DNA of 64,000 nt, taken from positions 43,152,001 to 43,216,000 of the forward strand of contig NW_027266297.1 of the NCBI RefSeq assembly GCF_022045235.1, in the 5' to 3' direction. Shown here piece by piece: positions 12,701-24,233 of the stretch; positions within the stretch are counted from its first letter, which is position 1, and every line of letters starts with the position of its first letter. This DNA is from Haliotis cracherodii. Taxonomy: Eukaryota. The position numbers and the translations under genes were made by a program. The notes beneath the pieces are model-generated. The model was given only the letters and a program-made list of their open reading frames with translations, did not search any database and had not been told where the DNA came from.

Positions 12701-15221
12701 GAGGTGTACTGGGGTTTAATGTCGCGTTTAAGATACTTATATAGCAACGAGCATGCATGTGAGTGTGTGTGTGGTTGCTTGTTCTATTCCAGACTAATGC
12801 CAATTTTACAGTGCTAGGCCAGTGAGATACCCCATTCAGACACAGTATACTGACTCTGTGTCGACCAGTTCTTGTTTTAACCCCTTAATGCCCAGCATCA
12901 GGCAGGGTAACAATAAGTACCATCTTCTAACATTTTTTCAAATGACGACTGCCGGGGATCGAAACCCCCGACTTCACTCTCTACAGGCAGATGCTCTACC
13001 AGACACTGACATTCTTTATTGTAAACGTCCTTTCGTACTCACTGACATTCGTTATTGTAAACATCCTTTCCCGCTCACTGACATTCTTTATTGTAAACGT
13101 CCTTCCGTGCTCACTGACGTTCTTTATTGTAAACGTCCTTTCGTACTCACTGACGTTCGTTATTGTAAACGTCCTTTCGCCCCCAAGGACTTTCATTATT
13201 GTAAACGTCCTTTCGTGCTCACTGACGTTCTTTATTGTAAACGTCCTTTCGTGCTCACTGATGTTCTTTATTGTAAAGTCATTTCTTGCTCACTGACATT
13301 CTTTATTGTAAACGTCCTTTCGTGCTCACTGTCAAACTTTATTGTAAATGTCCTTTCATGCTCAATGACATTCTTTATTGTAAAGTCCTTTCGTGCTCAC
13401 TGAATTTCTTTCGAACACATTGTTCTTTCTTTTCTTATGACATCTTTTCGTAACATTTGACTATTAATATTAATACTTTCGACCTTTATTTCAACTTTGT
13501 ATTTGTTTAACCTGCATCTGTTTGTTTTGTGTTTTGACCTTTATTAGTAACATTAAGTTCTTTATTCGCAATATTTGACCTTTATCGTGTAATTTTGTCC
13601 TTTTTTTTCAACTTTGTATTTTTTATAAAAAAAATGGCCGCCCATAAAGAGCACCTGATTGTCTTAAAAACGTTAAAAAATGCTACCATTTACTCACAAA
13701 TGAAGGAATCATGGCTGAAAAGGGTGGGGACAAAAGTCACCAATTCCAAAGAACTTTCCCCTTCAAATCTTCAACAAAAGTGTCTTAAATCTGAAATACA
13801 AAAGAAAATAAACATCTGTTATTTCATTGTCCTCTAGAACTTAAAACAACGGAAACAACTTATGCACAATATACAGTTAATAGCAATCATATACACATGC
13901 AGATATTTAATTCAGTAATTCAGGCTATTATGGCCCATTGTATATTTGTCTTACGTATATGAGTTAGTCACATGAATTTGTGAAACATTTTTACCTTGTA
14001 CGAAAAACATGTAAAATAATTGCAATACATTTTATTGCATCATCGTTTTTAGAATTGAGAAAAATGTTCATCATTTGCTTCTCTTTATGTTTTTGACACA
14101 ATTCAGGAAGATATGTTCTTCCAAGATGTTGATAACTATCACAAAACAATACAACATGAATTTCATCTTCGATAAACCCACTACAACATTGTGTACACAA
14201 TCTATAAACCTACTAGACTATGGAGGCGTTATGAATTGGCAAGGCTTGTGGAATACTTGCTAATGTTTGCAGCAATTACATCAAACACAGTCAGTCCTCT
14301 CTTTGATGACAAAAGTTCCATATTTGGTGCCAATGATTTACTAGGAGGTAGCCTTACTACCTCCTAACAAAACCTTGATGATCATTAATTATAACTACAA
14401 TCATAACCATTCCCAGTATAAACTCTTTGATATTTTGGTATTTCACTTGGCTTCAAAAGAGACAATATACAGATATAAGGTCTCTGACTTTGATATGACA
14501 AGCTTTGATAATTGTACTTGATAATAAATGCAGTATCACTTTTGAGAGTAATTTTTTTCTTACCTGAAAACAGATTTGATTTGATTGTATGTCAAAATAG
14601 ATTCCTAACATATTTCTTTGACAAGGAATATTAAGAATCTGCCACGGAGCTCCTTAGAAATTACTGAGGCCTAACAATCTTGAATCATGGCTTATTGCAT
14701 ACACGAACACCCTTCAACTGGAGTTGTGGCACCTATCACTGAAACCGGTGCAACAAAAGCCATGTTATCGGTTACCTGTACACAAAGTGACACACCCCCT
14801 CGAGGACAAAACTAAGGGACTACGCGATATCAAGCGAACGCTTAAATGCTAGATCAATTAACCTTTTCTAAACTGTTTTCCCGATTCAGTCGCCAGTAAC
14901 ATCTCATGAAATTAAGATCTGTGATACGTCGATGCAATGACAATGCATATTAACAACATATCAACGCCAAAGTGCGTTGACTACCGTTCCGAACGTTTCT
15001 GTCCGAGTTTTTACAAAATTGTGCCCAGCAGTTTGCGGAAGGGGACATATTTTGTGTATCAATGTCTTTCTGTCACTTACTTGCGTATGTTGATATTTGC
15101 TAAGTGTTGCATTTATATTTATGTATGTGTCTTCGCCTTACCTATTTTAGCTGTGTTTCGGTACACTCGCAATGAGAAAACACTGAGTGAGACACCGTCT
15201 CCGCAAAGCTTATACCTCCAT
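3708..15221 (-). CDS. 5' part of a multi-exon gene, probably an invertebrate ankyrin-repeat PARP (tankyrase/pme-5-like); continues beyond the window start
   Basis: Phase-compatible GT-AG exons: 15216-15221 (ME), 11329-11845 (VKRLSSR...TYVTVRNEE), 9704-9985 (GGWFLCRLRNNVY...KIRWLS...DYADEIDPGCIL), 9092-9262 (Lys-rich), 4291-4387 (LHPNPAVHVYRKDPFFET), 4072-4189 (SFVSKYAHSKLVFRAVQMKDYKLLKKLI), 3708-3892 (RSTADETTALHHAV, ankyrin-like). The exon structure is read from sequence. The family call is recalled similarity; no PARP domain is in the window. Confidence 0.75.
4480..7800. repeat. Intronic minisatellite with a ~31-bp core GGTACTGACACAAGGAGGAGTGGTAT(A/T)AG(G/C)A and longer variants, ending in a few copies of a longer unit
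   Basis: About 3.3 kb of direct tandem repetition, purine-rich on the + strand. Confidence 0.95.
10808..11302. mobile_element. MITE / non-autonomous DNA transposon with long imperfect terminal inverted repeats
   Basis: Left CAATGTCATTAAAATCAGATCTTAGTTTTCGCTACCGCTA...AAAGATCTGAGGACATCCCATTA is the reverse complement of right TAATGGGATGTCCTCAGATCTTTAGCGGTAGTGAGAACTAAGATCTGATTTTAATGAGATTG. Confidence 0.8.
12700..13002 (-). mobile_element. tRNA-derived SINE
   Basis: Reverse complement of the family at 46140: tRNA-like head GGTAGAGC...GGGTTTCGATCCCCGG and body GATGGTACTTATTGTTACCCTGCCTG. Confidence 0.7.
13003..13402. repeat. 36-bp tandem repeat CTCACTGACGTTCTTTATTGTAAACGTCCTTTCGTG, about 11 copies
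   Basis: Direct tandem repetition. Confidence 0.9.
13991..14215 (-). mobile_element. Non-LTR retrotransposon (LINE) ORF2 C-terminal remnant
   Basis: 'RLCTQCCSGFIEDEIHVVLFCDSYQHLG' matches the CxxC...EDExH...C..Y cysteine motif at the end of LINE ORF2. Confidence 0.6.
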
Positions 15222-15224
15222 TGC

Positions 15225-15282
15225 TAGCGGAAGTACTGAGTGATAGGGTATTTATATCGACTGGTAGTCGCTGATTGGCTCG
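15225..15282 (-). promoter_or_regulatory. Core promoter of the PARP-like gene
   Basis: On the minus strand: CCAAT box (~15274-15278), TATAAATA (~15250-15257), an Inr-like TCAGT, then ATG GAG followed by a GT donor at 15215. Confidence 0.55.
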
Positions 15283-17191
15283 TATGCCGCCGTCTTCATG
15301 CATGCCACAACTCGTCCAGTTGATATGAGCTATGTCAGCAGATTGGTCGGCTACAAATATTTCGCAATGTTGTCTACATCGCGGAAAATCAAACAGTGAA
15401 CATGAATGTTCATGTTAATCACTGTACGTAGAACTATATGGGTCAATTTCAGGGGGAGAATGTTTTCTCCGTTGTTCTTGGATCGTAAGTCGTGCTCGTC
15501 TTGAGTCTTAATTACAACAAATAAATACTAGTCAATTGATCGTCTCCATGACGCATCAAAACCCAATCCCGAAGCAGGTGGACTTTATCGTTGTCGTTCA
15601 TGCAATATTCGGTGGATTAAGAAGGAACTATCTGCTCCTCGATCCGTTCCGTTTTCATTCTCGGAGCTGACATTGTCCTTTGGGAATGTGACACTTTCTG
15701 CCCTTTAGAAGGATAACAAATACAGCTTAAAATTTGAATTATATTATAATTTACAGACAAGGGCATGATATTTGAACGATATGATTCAAATGTGCTGGGA
15801 CAGCATGCTAGTTTGGCCGAGTCTAAAGTTTCCCTTAATTTGTTCAGTAATGATGACGTCATCCAAGGCTTTAAAAGGTTGCTGGGGTTTTGTAAATATT
15901 TATATCCGATTTTTTTAGTAAATAGGAACAAAACAACGCTCACTTGAAACGTGATTGTTCAGCGAAGTAGAAATTGATATATGAGTAGTGAGGATGAAAT
16001 TATATTTTGTACTTCTGGCCAGTTATTAATGCTCAAGATTGCCGCAATGTTGGTGTGTGTGCGCGCGCGTTCGCGCGTGCGTGCGTGCGTGTGTGTGTTC
16101 AGTCAAATGTAGTCTCATCAAAATCAGATCTTTCACTCCGATATACGAAGCCTCTCTGTGAGAGATTTTGTTTAATGCAACTGAATATAAATGCATGTAA
16201 ATAACACATTCATATAATTGTCAACAAATAAGGGATATATCACGCCAAATCATATCTTATACATGCCTATGAGAGTATAATGACAATCAATTTTTACCAT
16301 TTAAGCTGAGAAACATTTCTAAGGTCTTGCGATCAGTGCAGTTTTGTAGAATGCGTAGTTCTCATTTTGGCACACATGCATTTATTTGATCCAAAGTACC
16401 ATAATAAAATGCTAAATGTTCTTGAAAGTTATGTGTATTTTTTTTATAACCGTTCAGAATAAGTCCAGGCCACGCAGCGATGTCAGTGTTGTGTCTGGAA
16501 CTTCTGTTGTGTGCTAATGTCCCCAGCTATCCCCCTTCAACCAGGAACTGACTAAACAGAAGAGCAAAAGTAACTATACCTCTCAGTTGATTTTATGCTA
16601 TGTTTGATGTTGAATTGAAAATATCTTAAGTTAGCGTTATTGTATCCCAAAATTGAAATATACTGGTGCCTAGTCAGCGCTCAAAGAATACTTCTACATC
16701 GTTTTATTTATAAAAAATATTATTTGATTTAAAACTGTTTTAAATTACAAAATTAAATGTTGCATAATACAAAACTACTGATGGGGATTTTAGAATTCGT
16801 ATCAAAGAAAATCAATCAATTTGCTTTTATCGGCACAAATGTACGTTTCAACCTGGTAAGGTCATGCTGTTGAAAATTCATTTCTTACCCCAGTCTTCAA
16901 TGAACCAATTTCTATTTACACAAATTTACCAGTCACAGATTACATTTAACAAACTGTTACAGGTATGATAATGTTTAAGTAGAAGCAAATTGAACAACTC
17001 TTCTTTCAATTTTCAAATACATAAAATACAAACTTTGTTTTACCTCTCAGTTTATAATTACCATTCTATTGTCTATGCTTGATGGATGTCCAAACACTGG
17101 TAGCTATAAGTGCCACATGATTATCTAACTTATCTTCGTTTGATGTTTCTTTTTCACATGTAACTAGTCTCTGTGTATTTCGTTTTCGTTT

Positions 17192-17453
17192 CGTTTGTTT
17201 GTTGTTTAACGCCGCACTCAGCAATATTCCAGCTATATGACGGCGGTCTGTAAATAATCGAGTCTGGACCAGACAATCCAGTGATTGACATCATGAGCAT
17301 CGATCCGCGCAATTGGGATCGATGACATGCATCAACCAAGTCAGCGAGCCTGACCACCCGATCCCGTTAGTCACCTTTTACGACAAGCATAGTCGCCTTT
17401 TACGGCAAGCATGGGTTTCTGAAGACCTATTCTACCCCGGAATCTTCACGGGT
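17192..17453 (-). mobile_element. Interspersed SINE-like repeat with an (AAAC)n tail; related copies near 18500-18900, 47915-48100, 52303-52503 and 57890-58200
   Basis: GTTTGTTTGTTGTTTAACGCCGCACTCAGCAATATTCCAGCTATATGACGGCGGTCTGTAAATAATCGAGTCTGGACCAGACAATCCAG recurs several times in the window. Confidence 0.85.
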
Positions 17454-19557
17454 CCTATGTGTATTTCAAGACCTGTAAATTACTCTTGAAAACAATGAAT
17501 TGTATACTCTGTTTTGCCATCAAACACCCTTCTCCTATGTAAGTACTCCTGGGAGAGAATGCCAGCTAAATCGTGCCGAATGTCATTACACTGTAGCAAT
17601 GCAATCCAAATCGGTCCTAGGGTTTCGATGTGTTTGACTTTGCAACTGCTGCATTAAACCTGATGCCTGCCGCCCATTATGTCTTTTTTTAAAAGATGTT
17701 TTGTGTGATATCGGTATACAGTTCCCCTGTTGTCCAAGAATCCGTTACGCGATGACGTCATGAGCCCTTTAGCACTGAGTAATTTAGACTGGTTCCCCTT
17801 CCTTCCTGCGTTCTTTGGAAAGTTGAGCAAGAGCAGCGACACCAAGCGGAGGATCCGGAAACCAGTCTATGAGTAATTATATACGTCAACGCCAGAGAAT
17901 AACCAGTTTCGATTATCCATTGGTCGTAAAAGGCAAAAAGTACTGACGATGCCACCCAAAAGTCAATTCCCTAAATTTCGGAATGAGTACGGTTGAAATT
18001 ATTTATAATGTCTTATGATAGAATGAGACGATGTGGGAATTAAAAATACACCAGTCCTGTTTTTCAGTCAAGAAATTCAATTCAGCTTCATACCCCGACC
18101 AACGGTTATTCTATGGTTGACGATTGGTTAACGAGATTGATAAACTTGCAACTTTTCTCGAGCCTTAAGTCTCTTCTGTTATTCATAAGATATCACATTA
18201 TTTCCTGGCAAAATTCCCAACCCGTACCCACAACCGCACCCACACCCATAGAGCATCATTAAAAAAGGGAGCAGGAACAAAACCATTTCACAAGCAAGGA
18301 AATGAATGATTGATAAGTTTATCCCTTGATTAGGATCACAAGGTGGAAGTCATCAATTATAGTCGTCAACCTCTGATGGATCACCTGTGATTATAAAGTA
18401 TCTACATGTGCATGATCAGGAAAGATATATAAGAGTATTTCCATCAAATTTCATTGCGGAGTGCAGCAAATTAGTACAAACACGGATAGATTTTTGATTT
18501 GCTGCTTATCAGTTCTCTCAGCAATATTTCAGCTGTATGACGACGGCCTGTGCCAGTGATTAACATTGTGAGCTACGTCCCGCGCCTTAGGAGTGAGTTA
18601 GTTAAAAATTAGCGTCGCGTCGGCATTATTTGAGCCATATAGCGACCCACGCCGTAGGAGAACGATGGTCAAACAAGTCACCGAACCTGACCACCCGATA
18701 AATTTAGTCGCTTCTTACGACTGGTATAGCTGCTATGAACCTATTCTACCCTGGTATTGTCATGGGTGTACATCCCTAGAGAATCAGGTATATCCACGAT
18801 CAATTGTGTGGATCGATGCTCATGATGTCAATCACTGGATTATTTCCAGACCGTCGCCATACAGCTGGTATATTGCTGAGTGCGGCTTCAAACAACAAAC
18901 AAACAGCATCAGGTATACGTATAGTAATATGTTTCGCATAGTCACAATTATTGGATGACCCAAAATATTAAAGTAGGGACGGTTTCAACATCACGAGAGC
19001 AAACACGACTCATTTATCCTTTTAGCAGTATCATTTCTGATATCTTTAGTAGCATCGTTGAATTGCTCGACATAGTTTTCTATATCAACCATCATGTCCT
19101 ATGTCCAATGAGTTCCACAACGCAATTAAAGAAACGCATAAACGAAACATTGATTTATTTCATTTTTATTTCGAACTGAGTCACCAACGGGTCATCTGTA
19201 AAAGAAAATGGAAAGGTTTATTTATCATTTCACCACTGTTTCGAGTATTTGACTGACATCTAGTATGTGGCATATAGCTTGCTAAGCACTAACATTAGTA
19301 CATGCGGGCATGGTGGGGTGCATTGCTTCTGGTGATAAAAGCTTGTAGCTTTGTTTATTAGATTTCAATTGAACAGAAATCAGAACGGTAGCTCCATATC
19401 AGTATCCGAACATCTTTATCGTTGGTAATTATTACACATATATATCCTTCGCCATGAAATATCATGTAAACAGATCAAAGAATCATACATAAAAAAGGGA
19501 ATTACAAGAATACAAATCTCACCTTGAGAACAAATCGGAGGGGGTGGTCGCCCTCTT

Positions 19558-20868
19558 TCAAAGACCACTGGCACCTGGTCCTTTGCCTTCGGGAGGTGGT
19601 GGGCATCCGGTTGGTGGTGGAGGGCGATCACCTTCCTGTGGTGCTTGTCTGTGTGGACGGGATTCACCTTCTGGAGGGGGAGGACATCCGGTTGGTGGTG
19701 GAGGACGATCACCTTCCTGTGGTGCTTGTCTTCGTGGACGGGATTCACCTTCTGGAGGGGGAGGACATCCGGTTGGAGGTGGAGGGCGATCACCTTCCTG
19801 TGGTGCTTGTCTTCGTGGACGGAATTCACCTTCTGGAGGGGGAGGACATCCGGTTGGTGGTGGAGGGGGGTCACCTTCCTGTGGTGCTTGTCTGCGTGGA
19901 CGGGATTCGCCTTCTGGAGGGGGAGGACATCCGGTTGGTGGTGGAGGACGGTCACCTTCCTGTGGTGCTTGTCTGCGTGGACGGGATTCACCTTCTGGAG
20001 GGGGAGGACATCCGGTTGGAGGTGGAGGGCGATCACCTTCCTGTGGTGCTTGTCTTCGTGGACGGGATTCACCTTCTGGAGGGGGGGGACATCCGGTTGG
20101 AGGTGGAGGGCGATCACCTTCCTGTGGTGCTTGTCTTCGTGGACGGAATTCGCTTTCTGGAGGGGGAGGACATCCGGTTGGTGGTGGAGGGGGGTCACCT
20201 TCCTGTGGTGCTTGTCTGCGTGGTCGGGATTCACCTTCTGGAGGGGGAGGACATCCGGTTGGTGGTTGAGGGCGATCACCTTCCTGTGGTGCTTGTCTTC
20301 GTGGACGGAATTCGCCTTCTGGAGGGGGAGGACATCCGGTTGGTGGTGGAGGGGGGTCACCTTCCTGTGGTGCTTGTCTGCGTGGACGGGATTCACCTTC
20401 TGGAGGGGTGGGAGGACATCCGGTTGGTGGTGGAGGACGGTCACCTTCCTGTGGTGCTCGTCTGCGTGGTCGGAATTCACCTTCTGGAGGGGGAGGACAT
20501 CCGGTTGGTGGTGGAGGGGGGTCACCTTCCTGTGGTGCTTGTCTGCGTGGTCGGGATTCACCTTCTGGAGGTGGAGGACATCCGGTTGGTGGTGGAGGGC
20601 GATCACCTTCCTGTGGTGCTTGTCTGCGTGGTCGGGATTCACCTTCTGGAGGGGGAGGACATCCGGTTGGTGGTGGAGGGGGGTCACCTTCCTGTGGTGC
20701 TTGTCTGCGTGGACGGGATTCACCTTCTGGAGGGGGGGGACATCCGGTTGGTGGTGGAGGGCGATCACCTTCCTGTGGTGCTTGTCTCCGAAAGCGAGAT
20801 TCTAGAAGAGGATAAGACCAACATGAAGCGACACAAGAGAGCGCCAGTAGCAGCAAGAAAGTCTTCAT
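19558..20868 (-). CDS. Gene A: secreted Pro-rich, single-Cys repeat polyprotein (436 aa; signal peptide, short propeptide, 15 x 27-aa units)
   Basis: ATG at 20868 in a CACC-ATG context, TATAAA at 20906-20911, signal peptide MKTFLLLLALSCVASCWS, propeptide YPLLESRFRR, units QAPQEGD(R/P)PPPPTGCPPPPEGE(S/F)RPRR, uninterrupted frame. A 3'-UTR intron (19196-19522) precedes a terminal exon with AATAAA (~19165-19170). Confidence 0.9.
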   Translation of the reverse strand: MKTFLLLLALSCVASCWSYPLLESRFRRQAPQEGDRPPPPTGCPPPPEGESRPRRQAPQEGDPPPPPTGCPPPPEGESRPRRQAPQEGDRPPPPTGCPPPPEGESRPRRQAPQEGDPPPPPTGCPPPPEGEFRPRRRAPQEGDRPPPPTGCPPTPPEGESRPRRQAPQEGDPPPPPTGCPPPPEGEFRPRRQAPQEGDRPQPPTGCPPPPEGESRPRRQAPQEGDPPPPPTGCPPPPESEFRPRRQAPQEGDRPPPPTGCPPPPEGESRPRRQAPQEGDRPPPPTGCPPPPEGESRPRRQAPQEGDRPPPPTGCPPPPEGESRPRRQAPQEGDPPPPPTGCPPPPEGEFRPRRQAPQEGDRPPPPTGCPPPPEGESRPRRQAPQEGDRPPPPTGCPPPPEGESRPHRQAPQEGDRPPPPTGCPPPPEGKGPGASGL

Positions 20869-22035
20869 GGTGAGAGTGATACTGTTGTCTCGGTACAACA
20901 CATCTTTTATACACATCCAGTCCAAGCCAGATGGCTCATTATTAACTCGCAGGAATTACTATTTATTCTGCATGTTTCGTTCTATTGTCATCCAAATAGT
21001 TTTGCTGATTGAAGTGGAAATGTGACTGGAATATGAAAAGTTGATTACTTTTGTGATTAGGATCTTATCTTAAGAGACAAATATCGAAAGATGCCATTTC
21101 TTCTGTGACAGTACTGCATTCATCACTTTGATTGAAAATCAATATTTCCTTCCAAAATGAAAATACTTATTAAAAGCCACATGTGCCATATTTGAGGATA
21201 CATTACGAGCAATAATTTAGGCTGAGAACAGAACAGTATGCTGTATACATCTCATTAACTCAAATGCAACATCATCTCTTTCTTTACAAAAGTGAACATA
21301 ATGGCAATTTCATGTTGGCCGCCATCTTGTCTTTACCGATTTTCGTTCTGTGAGGTTAGTTTTAGTTCAGTTATGTCAGGTGCACCTATCTGGAAGTGAA
21401 GGTTTACGCTAGATAACGCTGTATACACTTTTTGCATGTTTAATCGTTGATGTAGAATTATGCTGTAAATCCCATAATGCAAACTGACTGACGCCTCCAA
21501 TTCTGTACAGACAGATAGGACTGATCACATGAAGTAACATTTTGGCTTCATTTGCGAATAATTTACGAACTGATATATCTATGTTCTCTGTTTAAAAGTT
21601 ATGAACAATTTTGACAATTCTTTAATGACATTTGACTTCAAGTAAATACACAGCCTAGTGATGCTAGTGATCTCAAATGAAATGAACCTTGCTGGCAGAA
21701 GAGAGAAATTGGCAGCAACCTACATCGAGAATATCCATATGCCGTTTTATCTGTTTTATGCAAAGATTAATGCAATGTTTTTCTTGGCTGAAAGGACAAC
21801 GACTTTTTAAAAAGTAATTCTCTTACAACTAGCACAATGAGGCTATGAACTTATTTTACCTGGACTCCATGAAAAGCTGTGTAATCAGAAACTAAACAGT
21901 TACAATCTGCGAGTAGCGCAAGAATATCACGAAAGTATGCACTGCATGGAGTTGCGCATTCACCAAGTTTCAGCACTTCCGCTTAGAAAAAATGAAAGAT
22001 TTGTTTGCATGAGAAAGTTGTTTGTACAATCGTCA

Positions 22036-22196
22036 TAGCGGTCGGTTGCGTATTGGTTAAAACATTTGTTCGTTACGCCGAAGGCCCGGGTTCGATTCCC
22101 CACGTGGGTAAATTGTGTTAAGCTCGTTCCTCTTGTCCTCCGCCGTGATTTTGCTGGAATATATTTCTAAAAGCTGTGTAAAACCATATTCACTCA
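22036..22196 (+). mobile_element. tRNA-derived SINE; related minus-strand copies at 48295-48460, 54680-54805 and 58640-58800
   Basis: tRNA-like head with B box GGGTTCGATTCCC and a CACTCA-type tail. Confidence 0.7.
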
Positions 22197-22299
22197 TGAT
22201 TTTATTGAAATACTTTTCGTTTTTCACAATTTTAAAAACTAAAACTCATCGTTCGTTGTTTAAACTCAATACTACAACGACAGCGTGCCTACACATCGC

Positions 22300-22558
22300 T
22301 GAATTTAGCCAGTGTCATTCTTATTACAATGACAGTCTCGCCTGAAACCTATGATTGTGGGTTCGAATCCCGTTTCGCCCCGATTATGTTTCTAGGTTTG
22401 TCAAGAACCATACCCATGCTCGTGGGTTTCACCAAAGTGTTACACGTCTGAGACCTGCATCACTTCGGACTTTCCTCCAACAATACACTGACACGCCGAT
22501 ATATAGCTGGAATATTATTCAAAGCGGCGTTAAATCAAACTCACTCACTCACTCACTC
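22300..22558 (+). mobile_element. SINE-like repeat with an (ACTC)n tail; related copies at 26405-26670, 31342-31514 and 49095-49310
   Basis: GGGTTCGAATCCCG...TTTCTAGGTTTGTCA...CTGAGACCTGCATCACTTCGG...AAAGCGGCGTTAAATCAAACTCACTCACTC. Confidence 0.7.
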
Positions 22559-23124
22559 AATGATATACGTCATTTTCCCCCGGTAAAACTGAAAGTGAGG
22601 TTCTTAATAGAAATAAAGATCATCAACTCTTTCGTAATGCCTTATATTGTTTCATTAGTTATAATAAGTAGTTAGAAGAAGAAATGTGCCACATATTGTT
22701 GACCATTTTATAAACTGATGACACAAGGGAACAACACGCTTTGACACACTATAACCATGAACATGTGTATGATCAGATTCCTGAAATCCGTGTAAGAGTG
22801 AATATTATCCTACCCTATTTTTTATCCCCGGGATGAAATTCTCTAGTGTCAGGATGATTCTCCCTAATGAATTTGAACCCATACCAGTGTGTTTAATCCT
22901 ATCAACACACATGCATATTTACCCATCCAACCCCCCAACCACCCTCTCTACCCTCATTTCTCACCCCACATCCCAACAAAACAAGATGAAAATGCAAGTA
23001 TCAACATAAATAACACTAGAATATTTTAACCTGTTGCTGGTATTGAAGACTGTCATGGGAAAAGATACAGTGATTCAAGTTAGTGTAAATTATCCAAGGA
23101 TACATTTTCTTATTTTAGGTGATC

Positions 23125-23363
23125 AGGTGAGGTGGGGTGAAATTGGGTTTAACGACGCGTCCAAGATTATTGCACTTATATTCCGACGTGCATGCACTTG
23201 TGTGTGTGTGTGTTGGGGGGGGGGAGCTGGGCTGCTTGTACTACAGGACTGTAGCAACAAGTATCATCTTTGAACGTCTTTTGGTGTGGCGCGGCCGGGG
23301 ATCGAACCCCGGACCTTCCGCTCTCCGGGCGGACGCTCTACCACTAGACACCACGGAGGCGGT
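23125..23363 (-). mobile_element. tRNA-derived SINE
   Basis: Reverse-complement head ACCGCCTCCGTGGTGTCTAGTGGTAGAGCGTCCGCCCGGAGAGCGGAAGGTCCGGGGTTCGATCCCCGG. Confidence 0.75.
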
Positions 23364-24058
23364 TCTGGGATTAATTACCCTTTATTTTTGGACATAACTT
23401 ATCTCAGATTCCCGACACTGAGGTGGGATACTATACTCTAGAGTAAATATTTAGGTAGGATATAATCCTTACTTACATATTGCCTAAAAAAAGGATCATT
23501 CTCCTTCGGTGAAATGGATCCATGCATCACGTGATTTTGTCATCTAATAATGGTGCCGATGCGCACTCAGTGACTGAGAAGGATAAAAATGTATAAGACA
23601 ATATTTGTCGAGTTTCTTCACCGTTTTCGAGGAGGGTACTAGGCCTCGGACTGTCATCCAAGTAGCTCGCTCGGTCAAAAACATACAGTGATGTACACAA
23701 TGTATGTATGTGTGATAATTTTACTTTATGTTTATTTCATGCGATGAAACAGGATGAGTACCGACCGAAGTGACAGGTTTTATAATTAACGTGCGTCATA
23801 ATCAGAAGAAAACTCTGCTAAAAGCATGTATTTACAATCAAATAGTGATGCTACTCTGCGTTCGTGAAGAAGATGAAGACGTCCCATCGGTGGCACACGT
23901 CACAAACACATGCTGAAGTCTTTTACAATAACTGCATTTGACACACATGACACAAGAGTTCCGTTAGGATTTCAGGAGATAATAGGTTCCCATTCACCAG
24001 GTTTGTCGTTTAGGTCAGGAAGTATCTCGTACAGACCCTGAAACAAATTTATCATATA

Positions 24059-24233
24059 CAGTAAACTACGATTATAACGAACACGCTTATAATGAACTGA
24101 CGGATATAACGAACTTACGTTTTGGTCCCGACTATTTGCAGTAGTTATGCTGTACATATGCTTATAACGAACTACGGTTATAACGAACTAAAATTTGTAG
24201 TCCCTTTGAGTTCGTTATAACCGTAGTTTACTG
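24059..24233. mobile_element. Tc1/mariner (pogo/Tigger-type) MITE
   Basis: TIRs CAGTAAACTACG(A/G)TTATAACGAAC flanked by TA on both sides (24057-58 and 24234-35). Confidence 0.85.

Noticed and set aside
12822-13403. 193-aa ORF with LTDVLYCKRPFV repeats
   Set aside because: Read-through from an antisense SINE into a 36-bp tandem repeat inside an intron; no independent gene signals.
19558-20868. Naming gene A as collagen, extensin, lustrin, or a known neuropeptide or antimicrobial precursor
   Set aside because: No Gly-X-Y periodicity, no SPPPP, no multi-Cys lustrin modules, no Gly-amidation signals before the basic sites, and the peptides are acidic. The similarity is compositional only.
19416-20873. 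Long alternative-frame and antisense ORFs over gene A (likewise over B, C and E, e.g. KDPKVKE.. and SLTLGS..)
   Set aside because: Expected when an in-frame repeat unit lacks stops in other frames. Only one frame per locus has the conserved ATG, signal peptide and TATA.
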